18,865 bases of DNA from Octopus sinensis (GCF_006345805.1 NW_021824381.1:1-18865); one strand, 5' to 3'. Counted from the stretch's first letter, positions 1-9,167 are shown. The notes: generated from the letters alone by a model not told the origin. Numbers and translations: made by a program.

Positions 1-350
1 CAGAGCACTAAGTTACGACACACACACACACACACACAAACATACACAAACACATACATATACATACTTACATACCGTCTCCGATGAAGGGATATTATTA
101 ATTAATATCCTAGAAACATCTGTAAGACCGTCTATCTATAAATGCTCTAATATCTGTACATCCTTGGTTTTTTATCTTATTACGCAATAAATTCTTATAC
201 ACACACGCTGACATAGAACCAACGTTGAGCCCTTTATTCGCAATATTACCAAATCTGGAACTTAACTATGGTATGTCTATAGCACTTATTCAGCATTACC
301 TGGCACCTTTGGGTCTCAATGACACCATTATCTCTTATAACCTCAAATAT
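1..350 (+). mobile_element. Probable Penelope-like element terminal (pLTR) remnant carrying a hammerhead motif
   Basis: Contains the hammerhead-like motif at 74-131 followed by AT-rich sequence with AATAAA. Assignment and boundaries are inferred from the ribozyme type only. Confidence 0.45.
74..131 (+). ncRNA. Degenerate minimal type I hammerhead ribozyme (HHR-1)
   Basis: Stem I GTCT(77-80)/AGAC(125-128); core CCGATGA(81-87); stem II GGATATTA(90-97)/TAATATCC(103-110); GAA(113-115); near-palindromic helix III ACATCTGT(116-123); cleavage triplet GUA(122-124). Confidence 0.65.
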
Positions 351-353
351 GTA

Positions 354-440
<87 letters not shown>
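354..440. repeat. (TATC)n microsatellite
   Basis: Perfect tetranucleotide tract. Confidence 0.97.
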
Positions 441-443
441 ATA

Positions 444-581
444 CGGCGGGCTCTTTCATTTTCCGTCTACCAAATCCACTCACAAGGCTTTGGTCGGCCC
501 GAGGCTATAATAGAAGACACTTGCTCAAGGTGCCAAGCAGTGAGACTGAACCCGGAACCATGTGGTTGGTAAGCAAGCTAT
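444..581 (-). mobile_element. 5' part of tRNA-derived SINE (octopus OR-type, CORE-like motif)
   Basis: Minus strand reads B-box-like GGTTCCGGGTTCAGTCTC followed by GGCACCTTGAGCAAGTGTCTT. Closely similar to 6811-6972 and 15791-15955 in this window. Confidence 0.85.
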
Positions 582-859
582 CTGCTTCTCTAGTTGAGCA
601 CTCTTTCCTATATATGAATCTTTTTGCATATACTTATGTGAAAAACATAATACTTAACTATAGTAAAAAACATTTTGGAAATTCTTTTAGAAATGTAATT
701 TACTTATCAAATTGAAATAACCCTAATAATAACTCCCTCTTGATAACTTCTTTCTTTTTAAATATTTTTGAATAGCTTTTTTCAATCAGTTGAATTCTCG
801 CCATTGCTGGAAATTGTTGATAAATGAGAAACCATTTAGGTGCCAAAGATTTGCATTCT

Positions 860-1350
860 GTATATTTGTTTGTATGTGCTCGAGTGTATATATATGTTTG
901 GGCATGTGTTTATGTGTATGTGTGTGAATATGTGTGTTTGTTGATGTGTCTGTGTGTGTCTGTGTGTGCATATGTTAGATAGCACAGCTGCCAATATTGG
1001 TAAAAAGTTGTACTTTGTTCTTGTGACTATATAGTCTGTGCATATGTGTGTGTGTATGTGTGTGTATGCGTGCCTATATTTGTGCCTGTGTGAGCATGTG
1101 CTTGTGAGCATGTGCTTGTGCGCGTGCGCACAACTATATTACTTTACTTTATTTCAATATATGCAGTAAATATGTGTATATGCAGTAAAAAGTGTGTGTG
1201 AGTGTGTGCATGTTTGTGCATGTGTGTGTGTCGTTACGAACACGTGCATATGTGTGCATGGGAAAATATATTGCATGTGTGTGCATGTTCGTATGTGTGT
1301 GCTTGCGTATGCATGTGTGTATAGTAGTATAAGCATGTGCGTATGTGTAT
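860..1350. repeat. Degenerate (TG)/(TATG)/(TGCA) low-complexity tract
   Basis: Compound dinucleotide repeats. Confidence 0.85.
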
Positions 1351-1452
1351 ACACATAAATATATCACTGTTTATCATTTCATATATAGAGGTATTATACC
1401 ATATTATGTGAATTATATGACGTCTTCATGCTAAAATAATTTTATAAAAAAC

Positions 1453-1496
1453 ATTTCAGTACCGGTTTCAGTCATTGAGACTTTTCAACTGTAAAT
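1453..1496 (-). ncRNA. Degenerate minimal type I hammerhead-like motif with U3/A8 core (HHR-2)
   Basis: Minus strand: ATTT(A)CAG, TTGAAAA, GTC-TCAAT-GAC, T, GAA, palindrome ACCGGT, A, CTGAAAT. Stem I is 7 bp with one bulge. Confidence 0.5.
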
Positions 1497-1662
1497 ATGG
1501 AAAACAATTAAATTTTGAAAAAATTTAAAGAAATTTTTTTTCAAAGAATATTTGCATAGTATTCAAATACAAGGGGCATTTTCATTTGTTTCTTCTGCTT
1601 CTGCCTGTCCTCTCTCTGTTTACTCTTGGGGTTCGAGAGATCATTGTGAATTCTTGGCAGAG

Positions 1663-1759
1663 AAGGAGAAGAAGAAGAAGACGAAAAAAAGAAGAAGAAG
1701 AAGAGAAGAAGAAGAGGAGAAGAAGAATAGTAGTAGTAGAAAAGAAGAAGAAGAAGAAG

Positions 1760-1791
<32 letters not shown>

Positions 1792-1865
1792 GTAGTAGTA
1801 GAGAGAGAAGAAGAAGAAGAAGAAGAAGAAGAAGAAGAAGAAGAAGAAGAAGAAGAAGAAAAAGA
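1663..1865. repeat. (GAA)n tract interrupted by (TAG)n
   Basis: Trinucleotide repeats; source of the poly-E/poly-S/poly-K ORFs. Confidence 0.95.
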
Positions 1866-1948
1866 ATGCGGGAGTGCCATGATAGTAGTAGGATGTTAAA
1901 TGGTCAAATGCCCTGAAAGTGACTTGTCGTGGATTGTAGTAGTGGTAG

Positions 1949-1985
<37 letters not shown>

Positions 1986-1991
1986 ATATAT

Positions 1992-2025
<34 letters not shown>
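1949..2025. repeat. (TA)n tract, left flank of 2026-2224 element
   Basis: Direct inspection. Confidence 0.95.
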
Positions 2026-2222
2026 CAGGGAGAGTTTACAAAAAAAAAAAAAAACGAAGACAGGTGGTGTACAAAACAAACAGATGTATTAGTATAACGC
2101 TCAGGAATAGAAAAATCTTTTACGTTTCGAGCCTACGCTCTTCTACAGAAGAGAGCACAGAAAAAACAAGGGAAGAAACAAGGAGAGAAAAAATGTGTCT
2201 ATTGGCTAACGATCTATGATGG

Positions 2223-2224
<2 letters not shown>
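2026..2224 (-). mobile_element. ~200-nt non-coding hammerhead-bearing element (Penelope-derived, non-autonomous) inserted in (TA)n
   Basis: Homologous to 5871-6030 (+) and more distantly 17581-17781 (-): shared GAAGAGC...CTC(G/A)AAACGT...GAGCG block and pyrimidine tracts. (TA)n on both sides. Confidence 0.65.
2116..2154 (-). ncRNA. Degenerate ultra-minimal hammerhead motif (HHR-3)
   Basis: Minus strand: TCTCTT, CTGTAGA, A, GAGC-GTAG-GCTC, GAA, ACGT, A, AAAGA. Core position 6 is U instead of A. Confidence 0.55.
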
Positions 2225-2260
<36 letters not shown>

Positions 2261-2262
2261 TA

Positions 2263-2293
<31 letters not shown>
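2225..2293. repeat. (TA)n tract, right flank of 2026-2224 element
   Basis: Direct inspection. Confidence 0.95.
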
Positions 2294-2479
2294 GGGTGGT
2301 GTGTGTTTGTGTATAACGTTAACTAGTGCTGCAGCTATATATTATGTCTATTTAAAGATTATCCAGTACAATTCGAGAAAATGCTTCGCTTTTTGAATTC
2401 AGATAATATGGTGTTCCGTCTAATGGTAGTTTAAAATTGTAAAATCTATTTCATATAATTACTTGAAAATTTCTAGACA

Positions 2480-2525
2480 GACTACTACTACTAATAATAA
2501 TAATAGTGATAATAACAGAAACAAC

Positions 2526-2622
<97 letters not shown>

Positions 2623-2645
2623 TTAATGATGATGATAATAATGAT
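2480..2645. repeat. Compound (ACT)/(AAC)/(AAT) microsatellite
   Basis: Trinucleotide tracts; source of poly-N/poly-I/poly-L ORFs. Confidence 0.95.
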
Positions 2646-3032
2646 AAAACAATCAAATATGATATTTTCCTGAAATACCAACATATACGAAAGCAGGTTG
2701 GTAGAAAAGTCTGTCGTTTCAAATGCACCACATTAAATATCTATTCTTTGATTGAATGCTTTGTCTGCGCAATAAAGACATTCATAATGTAAGCGAATGC
2801 TAAAATGTTGCGTCAGTGAAGTATACTGACGTAACATTTCGCATTGATGTTGGCAAGTCATGTGGGCATGCAAGTACATTCTAAGGAAGAAATAGCTTTT
2901 CCATTATTTGTCTTCTGTTTATCTGTCTGTCGGTCTGTATGACTGTCTGTATATATGTATGTCTATCAATATCCAGTTATCTATTTAGCTATATGTATCA
3001 TCTGTCTGCATGTCTATCCATCCATCCATCCA

Positions 3033-3084
<52 letters not shown>

Positions 3085-3193
3085 CTATCTATCCATCTAT
3101 CAATCTACCTACCTACCTACCTACCTACCTACCTACCTACCTACATATCTATCTATCTATCTACTATCTATCTATCTATCTATCTATCTATCT
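3033..3193. repeat. Compound (TC)n-(TATC)n-(CTAC)n-(TATC)n; 5' flank of Tx1-A
   Basis: Direct inspection. Confidence 0.95.
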
Positions 3194-3195
3194 CT

Positions 3196-4652
3196 CCAAG
3201 TGGAGAAGAACTGGAACGAGATAACGAGTAGGGTGGTCACTCTCGCCCTGCAATGGCCGAGAGGAAACTGTCCCTAAAAGGTCGAGCGGAGGTGCGAACA
3301 CGTACATCGCGTCCGTCATCTACTACTACCGCCTGACCGTCGTACCTTGTCCCGACCCTACCATCCCAAACTACAACGCATCCTCTTTCGCTTCTTGTGG
3401 AAAGGATGCGTCCCGATGGTCAGGCGATCCTTTGCTGTCAAAACACCCGTTAAAAGGAGGGCTGGGCATGCCGTGGTTGATGATGCGCAGACACGCGCTG
3501 AGACTGCGACATCTCTGGCTCTATGTAGACGACGGTGAACAGTGTGGTCGCCGTTTGTGAGGCACGCTTTCCCGCAGCTCGTCTCCATGACCGAACTGCA
3601 GTCGTGGATCAAAAGAGGCCGAGAAGGGCGAATGGCACCGCGAGTGTCGCGTTGCTCTCAAGCAACTCTGCCGTCCTGGGTCGACCTAAAGTGACTTCAA
3701 CACAACCAAAGCATTCTATAGGGGCTTAGTGGAGGGGAGGTACGACGACGAGCTCGGGGCGACCTGGACGTCGACGAGGAGTACCTGACCCGCCTGTTCG
3801 GGACGACTTTTCGGGCCAGGGCCCATGGACAACTTCCAGAGATCCCTGGCCTGGCAGTGCTACCGAGAAGCGCTACCCGTTCGGATAAGCTCTACAGACA
3901 CGGCTCGAGAAACACGGGGCCGACCTGCCCGAGATGCGGTCAGAGCGACGAAACCGTTCTGCTCGCACTCGTTCAGTGTCCACAACATTTCCGACCTGTG
4001 GGCTTATGTCGAACAACTGCTGTCACGTGTGGGACGAGTCGGTTATCAGCTGAGTCTATCGTCAATATTGTCACGCGCTCCTTCCTTCAAACGGAAGGAA
4101 GAGCTATTTTCATCATCCTTGTGGCTATGGCGAAAGAATGTATCTGGTGGACGCGTCTGAAAGGATTGGAGACAAACACTTTCCTCTCTGGTCAATCTCT
4201 CATCAACTTCTTCAAGTACCACTTGAAAAGGAAAGTGAGAGTAGAGAGGCAAGTTTTGTCTAGCGAATGTTTTAAAAAAGATGGGTGAATGTAGCAAGAA
4301 TGGCACGTATGAATGACGAAGCACCTTGAGCATAGTCCTATGAACCCAGAAATCGAAAACAGAGAGTTGCTTATTTGCAAAAAAAAAAAAAAAAAAAAAA
4401 AGAAATTAAAATGTGACTTCATTGACCGAGGTTACCGTGGTCTTTTCCGCAGGCTTTTCTTTCCACGGTAAACCTCACCTGTCCTCCCCTTTACACTTCA
4501 TATTGACATTTTCTGTGATAACGATCCCTATTGATCATTTTTTTTCCTCTCCCCCCCCTTTTTTTTTTTTTTTTTTATTTTTTTTTAACCCCCCTTATTT
4601 TTGTCCTCTTTCTTTCTCTCCTTTTACGATCCCTTTTGATCGAACCTCCCCT

Positions 4653-4686
<34 letters not shown>

Positions 4687-4758
4687 CCTTCAAAAGAAAA
4701 GCTCTACCTTGTAATTTGTTCTATCTGTGTGCAGCCCTGTGTGGCTAATAAAGAAACA
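3196..4758 (+). mobile_element. 5'-truncated, frameshifted Tx1/L1-clade non-LTR retrotransposon (family A): ORF2 C-terminus plus 3' UTR
   Basis: Stitched frames give LSLKGR, LQRILFRFLWKG, GLGMPW, FQRSLAWQCYREALPVRDKL and a CCHC knuckle CPRC..ETV...C, then AMAKECIWWTR, with stop TGA at 4327-4329. GC-rich against the background. The 3' UTR ends AATAAAGAAAC then (TATC)n. Confidence 0.85.
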
Positions 4759-4805
<47 letters not shown>

Positions 4806-4834
4806 TTATCTACCTATCTAATCTATCTATCTAT
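4759..4834. repeat. (TATC)n 3' flank of Tx1-A
   Basis: Direct inspection. Confidence 0.95.
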
Positions 4835-5234
4835 AGACACAGACCCCGCCTGTTATCGAAAATATTACTTTAACTTAAAATTGCGTAACACGAAACCGAC
4901 TTGCTCGTTGACATCCATTTTGCATTATACTTATATAACATGGAAGTCAATAGGGGAACTAATTTTGCGTTACAGATTTCCACATCAGAGCAAGGTTTCA
5001 AAAACGCAACTCTTTCGTAATATAGGAGATGCTTGTCTCTTTCTATACACCAAAAAAGGCAAAAAACAAAAACCGAAAAAAGAAAAAGAAAAAACAACTA
5101 TAGTCGTTTATGCGAATGTGAATTGGTAGCGTGTAACATGCTTTTTTTTAATAGTTTCAAGCGCTTATGTAGTCATGAGCAGCTACAAACACTCTCTTGG
5201 TATTCTCATTCATGACCTAAAAATCTGCACCAAT

Positions 5235-5375
5235 ACTGAGCCAGTATACCTTTTCAGCCAATGAGACTGGAGCAAGATGAAATCATGTCCCTTGCTTAAA
5301 GAGACAATGTACCACTATTTCCAGGAATTGAATCCAGTAACTTATGATTATGAACTGTAGCCACAAGGGCTCATA
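5235..5375 (-). mobile_element. Old, degenerate SINE head/core remnant
   Basis: ACTGGAGCAAGATGAAATCATGTCCCTTGCTTAAAGAGACAA resembles the CORE-like CTTGCTCAAGG..ACAA block. GGAATTGAATCC is a reverse B-box-like motif. Confidence 0.4.
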
Positions 5376-5699
5376 CACGCGTGCGCGCACACAACTGTGT
5401 ATATCGGTACAGCTCGATGCTGGTTCACCGGTCAGCATCATTAGTCCGGCATAATGGAAAAGGGACTGTATTTGCATATTCAAAACATTTCGCGTAAACA
5501 AATTTAAAGATATATATATATATTTATCCACACACCCACAACACACACCATTATCCACACACCCACATACATACACACATGTTAGCACCGTGCATACACA
5601 CACATCCATACTCACACGCACACACACAAACACACACACACACAAATACACTTGCCCACATTCACACACACGCTTACGCACCTTAGTTTGTTGTGGAAC

Positions 5700-5800
5700 C
5701 GTTATTGTTGTTGTTGTTATTATTATTATCATCATTATCATTATCATTATTATTATTACTATTATTATTATTATTATTATTGTTGTTGTTGTTGTTGTTG

Positions 5801-5830
<30 letters not shown>
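5700..5830. repeat. Compound (TGT)/(TAT)/(CAT) microsatellite
   Basis: Direct inspection. Confidence 0.95.
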
Positions 5831-5831
<1 letters not shown>

Positions 5832-5870
5832 CAGTATCTCCCTTTTATTCAACCTTTTTCCCCAGTCATC

Positions 5871-6030
5871 TCGCCATGTTGGACCGTTGAACTCTGCATA
5901 TTTTTTCTCTCTCTCTGTTTTCTTTCATTCTTTCTCCATTTTCCTCCTTAATCCTTTCTATCGAAGAGCGTAGACTCGAAACGTAAAGCACCTTCCCATT
6001 TTTTCTCGAGCGTTAAACTAATAAACCTGC
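5871..6030 (+). mobile_element. Second copy of the ~200-nt hammerhead-bearing element
   Basis: CGCCAT...CCGTT...ATTTTTTCTCTC...GAAGAGCGTAGACTCGAAACGTAAAG...GAGCGTTAAACTAATA aligns with the reverse complement of 2026-2224. Confidence 0.65.
5955..5988 (+). ncRNA. Decayed ultra-minimal hammerhead motif (HHR-4)
   Basis: CTATCGA(5958-5964), A, GAGC-GTAG-ACTC, GAA, ACGT(5981-5984), A. G5 and A6 are altered, so probably inactive. Confidence 0.45.
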
Positions 6031-6033
6031 TTG

Positions 6034-6113
6034 CTGGGGTCGATTTGTTCCACAAAATGCGGTGCTCCCACATGGACGCAGTGAAATGTCTGAATCAAAT
6101 AAAAGAATAAAAG
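6034..6113 (+). mobile_element. SINE 3' tail fragment
   Basis: GGGGTCGATTTGTTC...GCGGTGCTCCCACATGGACGCAGT...AAATAAAAGA matches the tail seen at 15515-15570 (minus). Confidence 0.7.
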
Positions 6114-6119
6114 AGTCTG

Positions 6120-6166
<47 letters not shown>

Positions 6167-6258
6167 CATATATACACACATATATATATATGCATCCATG
6201 TATGTATATATATATGCGTATGTGTGTATATATGCATATATATATGTGTGTGTGTGTG

Positions 6259-6397
6259 TCTTTTACTTGCTTCACTCATTGGACTGCGGCTATGCTGGGG
6301 CCCCACCTTGAAGTGTTTAGTCGCACAAATCGACTTCAGTCACCAACTTGTTCTGTCCATTTATTTTGCCGAACCGCTTAGTTAAGGGAACACAAAC
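6259..6397 (-). mobile_element. SINE 3' half fragment
   Basis: TCTTTTACTTGCTTCACTCATTGGACTGCGGCTATGCTGG...TTTTGCCGAACCGCT, same family as 15515-15955. Confidence 0.75.
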
Positions 6398-6427
6398 AAT
6401 AGAATAGGAACCAGATTTTACAAAATA

Positions 6428-6500
6428 AGTCTTGTTCGTCTAAAACCTTGAAGGCGGTGCCCTAGCATGGCCGCAATCCAAGGTTGAAATAGGTAAAAGA
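6428..6500 (+). mobile_element. SINE 3' tail fragment
   Basis: AAGGCGGTGCCCTAGCATGGCCGCAATCC...GTAAAAGA. Confidence 0.7.
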
Positions 6501-6540
6501 CAATAGAATGTGCAAGAAATATTATTATCTACTTTCTTCT

Positions 6541-6972
6541 ATCTTTTACTTCTTTCAGTCATTTGACTATGGCCATGCTGGAGTACCGCCTTGAAAGGGT
6601 CTTAGTCGATCACATCAGCCTCAGGAAATTTTATATAGCCTAGTTCATTTGACGAACCGCAAAGACATACTCACACGTATCAATTGTGGAACACGACTGT
6701 CACTACATAAACCTGATGATTGCGTAACCCATGAAAGTACTAGTTTATTCCAATATTGTAAAATTGTAAATAACATAACGTGAAAAGCTGGAATAATATG
6801 TATATATACACGACGGGCTTCTTTCAGTTTCCGTCTAACAAATCCACTCAGAAGGTTTTGATCAACTCGAGGCTATAGTAGAAGACATATGCCCAAGGTG
6901 CCACGTTGTGGGATTGAACCCGGAACCATGTGGTTGAGAAGCAAGTTTCCTACCACACACCCATGCCTGCGC
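6541..6972 (-). mobile_element. tRNA-derived SINE whose middle is replaced or interrupted by a hammerhead-bearing segment (~6661-6800)
   Basis: Tail half 6541-6660 and head half 6811-6972 are collinear with 15515-15955. The intervening sequence is unrelated. Confidence 0.7.
6707..6748 (+). ncRNA. Minimal type I hammerhead ribozyme with intact catalytic core (HHR-5)
   Basis: Stem I ATAAAC(6707-6712)/GTTTAT(6743-6748), 6 bp; perfect CTGATGA(6713-6719); weak stem II TTGCG-TAA-CCCAT; GAA(6733-6735); perfect palindrome AGTACT(6736-6741); cleavage triplet CUA. Confidence 0.75.
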
Positions 6973-7460
6973 TTATACTTTCTGAATTTAGTTCAACCTT
7001 ATATCTTTATTGACAACTACGATAATATGCATAGCTAAAAATGTTGGCTTCCGTTTATTTCAATTCACACATGTCTTCAATGTTCAGCTTGCATGTCTTT
7101 CAATTTCAACTGTTCTATTATATTCGACAAAACTTCTTATTTTTTCACCTTCATCTTTACATTTCATTCTTAACTAAACTTTATGATTGCTACTGACAAA
7201 ATTTGAATTTTTTCCCTAAATGTATCTATCGATTTATTGACCCGTTAACCAGTCTCAACTTGGTTTTATGTTCAACAAAAATTTGACGGAAATTTTCAAC
7301 GTAACCTATTTAGCTTCTAAAATATCTGCCAATCTTGCGTTTAACAAAACAGAACCGATATTCCTAGACGGATAAGCTATCAGACCAACGAAGTTTGACA
7401 AACAACAGCTGTTATAAGTTCTATACTGGAAAGTGTTTTCACTAAACAGTCACCTAATTT

Positions 7461-7466
7461 TCTATC

Positions 7467-7544
<78 letters not shown>
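7461..7544. repeat. (TATC)n 5' flank of short Tx1-A copy
   Basis: Direct inspection. Confidence 0.95.
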
Positions 7545-7545
<1 letters not shown>

Positions 7546-7708
7546 TTTGTTCTTTTTTTCCCTTTTACGATCCCCCTTGATCGAAAACCTACGCCACCCC
7601 TTTTTTCTTTGTTTCTTTTGTTTTTTGTTTTTTTCATCTCCCAAAAGAAAAGCTCTACCTTGTAACTTGTCCCATCTGTGTGCAGCCCTGTGTGGCCAAT
7701 AAAGAAAC
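7545..7708 (+). mobile_element. Severely 5'-truncated Tx1-A copy (last ~165 nt of 3' UTR)
   Basis: Matches 4600-4757, e.g. CCTTTTACGATCCC, CAAAAGAAAAGCTCTACCTTGTAA and TCTGTGTGCAGCCCTGTGTGGC.AATAAAGAAAC. Confidence 0.9.
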
Positions 7709-7800
<92 letters not shown>

Positions 7801-7801
7801 A
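7709..7801. repeat. (TATC)n 3' flank of short Tx1-A copy
   Basis: Direct inspection. Confidence 0.95.
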
Positions 7802-8219
7802 TGTTCATTTATCTACATCTCACTCACCTCCCTTTCTCTCTCATATATATATATAAGATGCTTGCATATGAAAAAAATTATCTTTGCACAATATAAATGA
7901 GTTATAAATATTTAAACAACGACAGTTTTGAAATAACTGACTATAGGAATAAACGAGTGATTAGCCAATCAATATTTGGAATTGAAAATAGCTCGCGTCT
8001 AAATTAACGTACAATTCCACACCATTGAACGCAAAGAAAAATCTGCATTAAACTTAAATCCCAAATCAATGAAATCTCAAAGAATATTTTAGCGAGAACC
8101 CTGAAGAAATTGCACCGGTATTATAGTAAGGTTGCAATTGAAACGGTTACTAACCGATACAGTCGAAACATATGTAAGTCTATTTGAGTCTGTATTTATA
8201 CATAAAAATTTTTTTTATA

Positions 8220-8680
8220 GATGGACTACAGCAAATATTCTGCTCAATACCACAGATTTGTTTGTCAGTTGCTTGACCTTAACCAGTTGAGCATGTCCCT
8301 TAGTGGCTGACGATATGTGTATCACTGATCACGAGCAGAAGTAGTGGGGGAGCATCATAGCCATGTGTTGAAAGGAATTCTTAGAGGTTTGGATAATTCA
8401 CCTTTGGAAACATGGGTTTTTCGTTCAACATCCTTAAACAATCCTTATTCAAGGACCTTTTGAGCAGGATGGGCTACTCGACCAAAAGAAAATTCTAACT
8501 GAGTGCCACCTGCAAGGTCATGTGCTGTTTAAATTGATATGAGATCACCATGTCACGCACATATGGTTGTGATGCATGAGCCTAGTGTACGGGTAGTAGA
8601 CGGGTAGTCATGATGAGTATACTGGGCTTCATATATTTTACCCCAGTGTCACTTTGAGGGCATGCACTGCTCTCTCACTC
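8220..8680 (+). mobile_element. ~460-nt non-coding interspersed retroposon-like repeat with (AAT)n tail
   Basis: Higher-complexity block ending CTCTCTCACTC directly followed by (AAT)n at 8681-8726. Recognised from memory as a recurrent octopus repeat; only one copy here. Confidence 0.5.
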
Positions 8681-8726
<46 letters not shown>

Positions 8727-9105
8727 GGCACACACCAGAAAAGGTCATAGAAAACGAGAAAGCAACCATACTCTGGGATATGCCGATACACACAGATAGA
8801 GAAACCCTGGAAATAGAGGTAACCAGAATGTGGAATCTAAAAACAGAAACCATTCATATCATAGTAGCTGCATTAGGCATGATAAAAAAAATATTCAGAC
8901 AAATACATAACAAAAACACCAGGACTTACAAACACATATAACATACAGAAAATTGCACTACTAGGCACTGCACACATCCTACGCAGAACACTTTCCATAC
9001 ATAACCATCAGAGCATCACAACAAATCACAGCACATACCCAAGGCACACAGAGCTGTGCTCGGTAGTGAAGTGAAAGCACGCTATAAAAATAAAACTACT
9101 GAATG
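8727..9105 (+). mobile_element. 5'-truncated R4/Dong-like RLE non-LTR retrotransposon, copy 1, with internal deletion
   Basis: HTPEKVIENEKATILWDMPIHTDR//LEIEVTRMWNLKTETIHIIVAALGMIKK...IQKIALLGTAHILRRTLS. (AAT)n on both sides (8681-8726; 9106-9167). Confidence 0.85.

Positions 9106-9167
<62 letters not shown>

Noticed and set aside
4908-4950. 11-bp imperfect inverted repeat TTGACATCCAT/ATGGAAGTCAA
   Set aside because: No TSD or element boundaries; too short to call a MITE.
5416-5477. Two small hairpins (GATGCTG/CAGCATC, AGTCC/GGACT) and an ATTTGCAT octamer
   Set aside because: Short stems expected by chance; no snRNA body or proximal element nearby.
7021-7359. Protein-like minus-strand reading (…FVEYNRTVEIERHAS…NKRKPTFLAMH…)
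   Set aside because: Seven stops in about 113 codons, as expected for random AT-rich DNA; no family recognised. A tBLASTx search would settle it.
8307-8313. CTGACGA hammerhead core match
   Set aside because: No stem II hairpin followed by GAAA, and no stem I.
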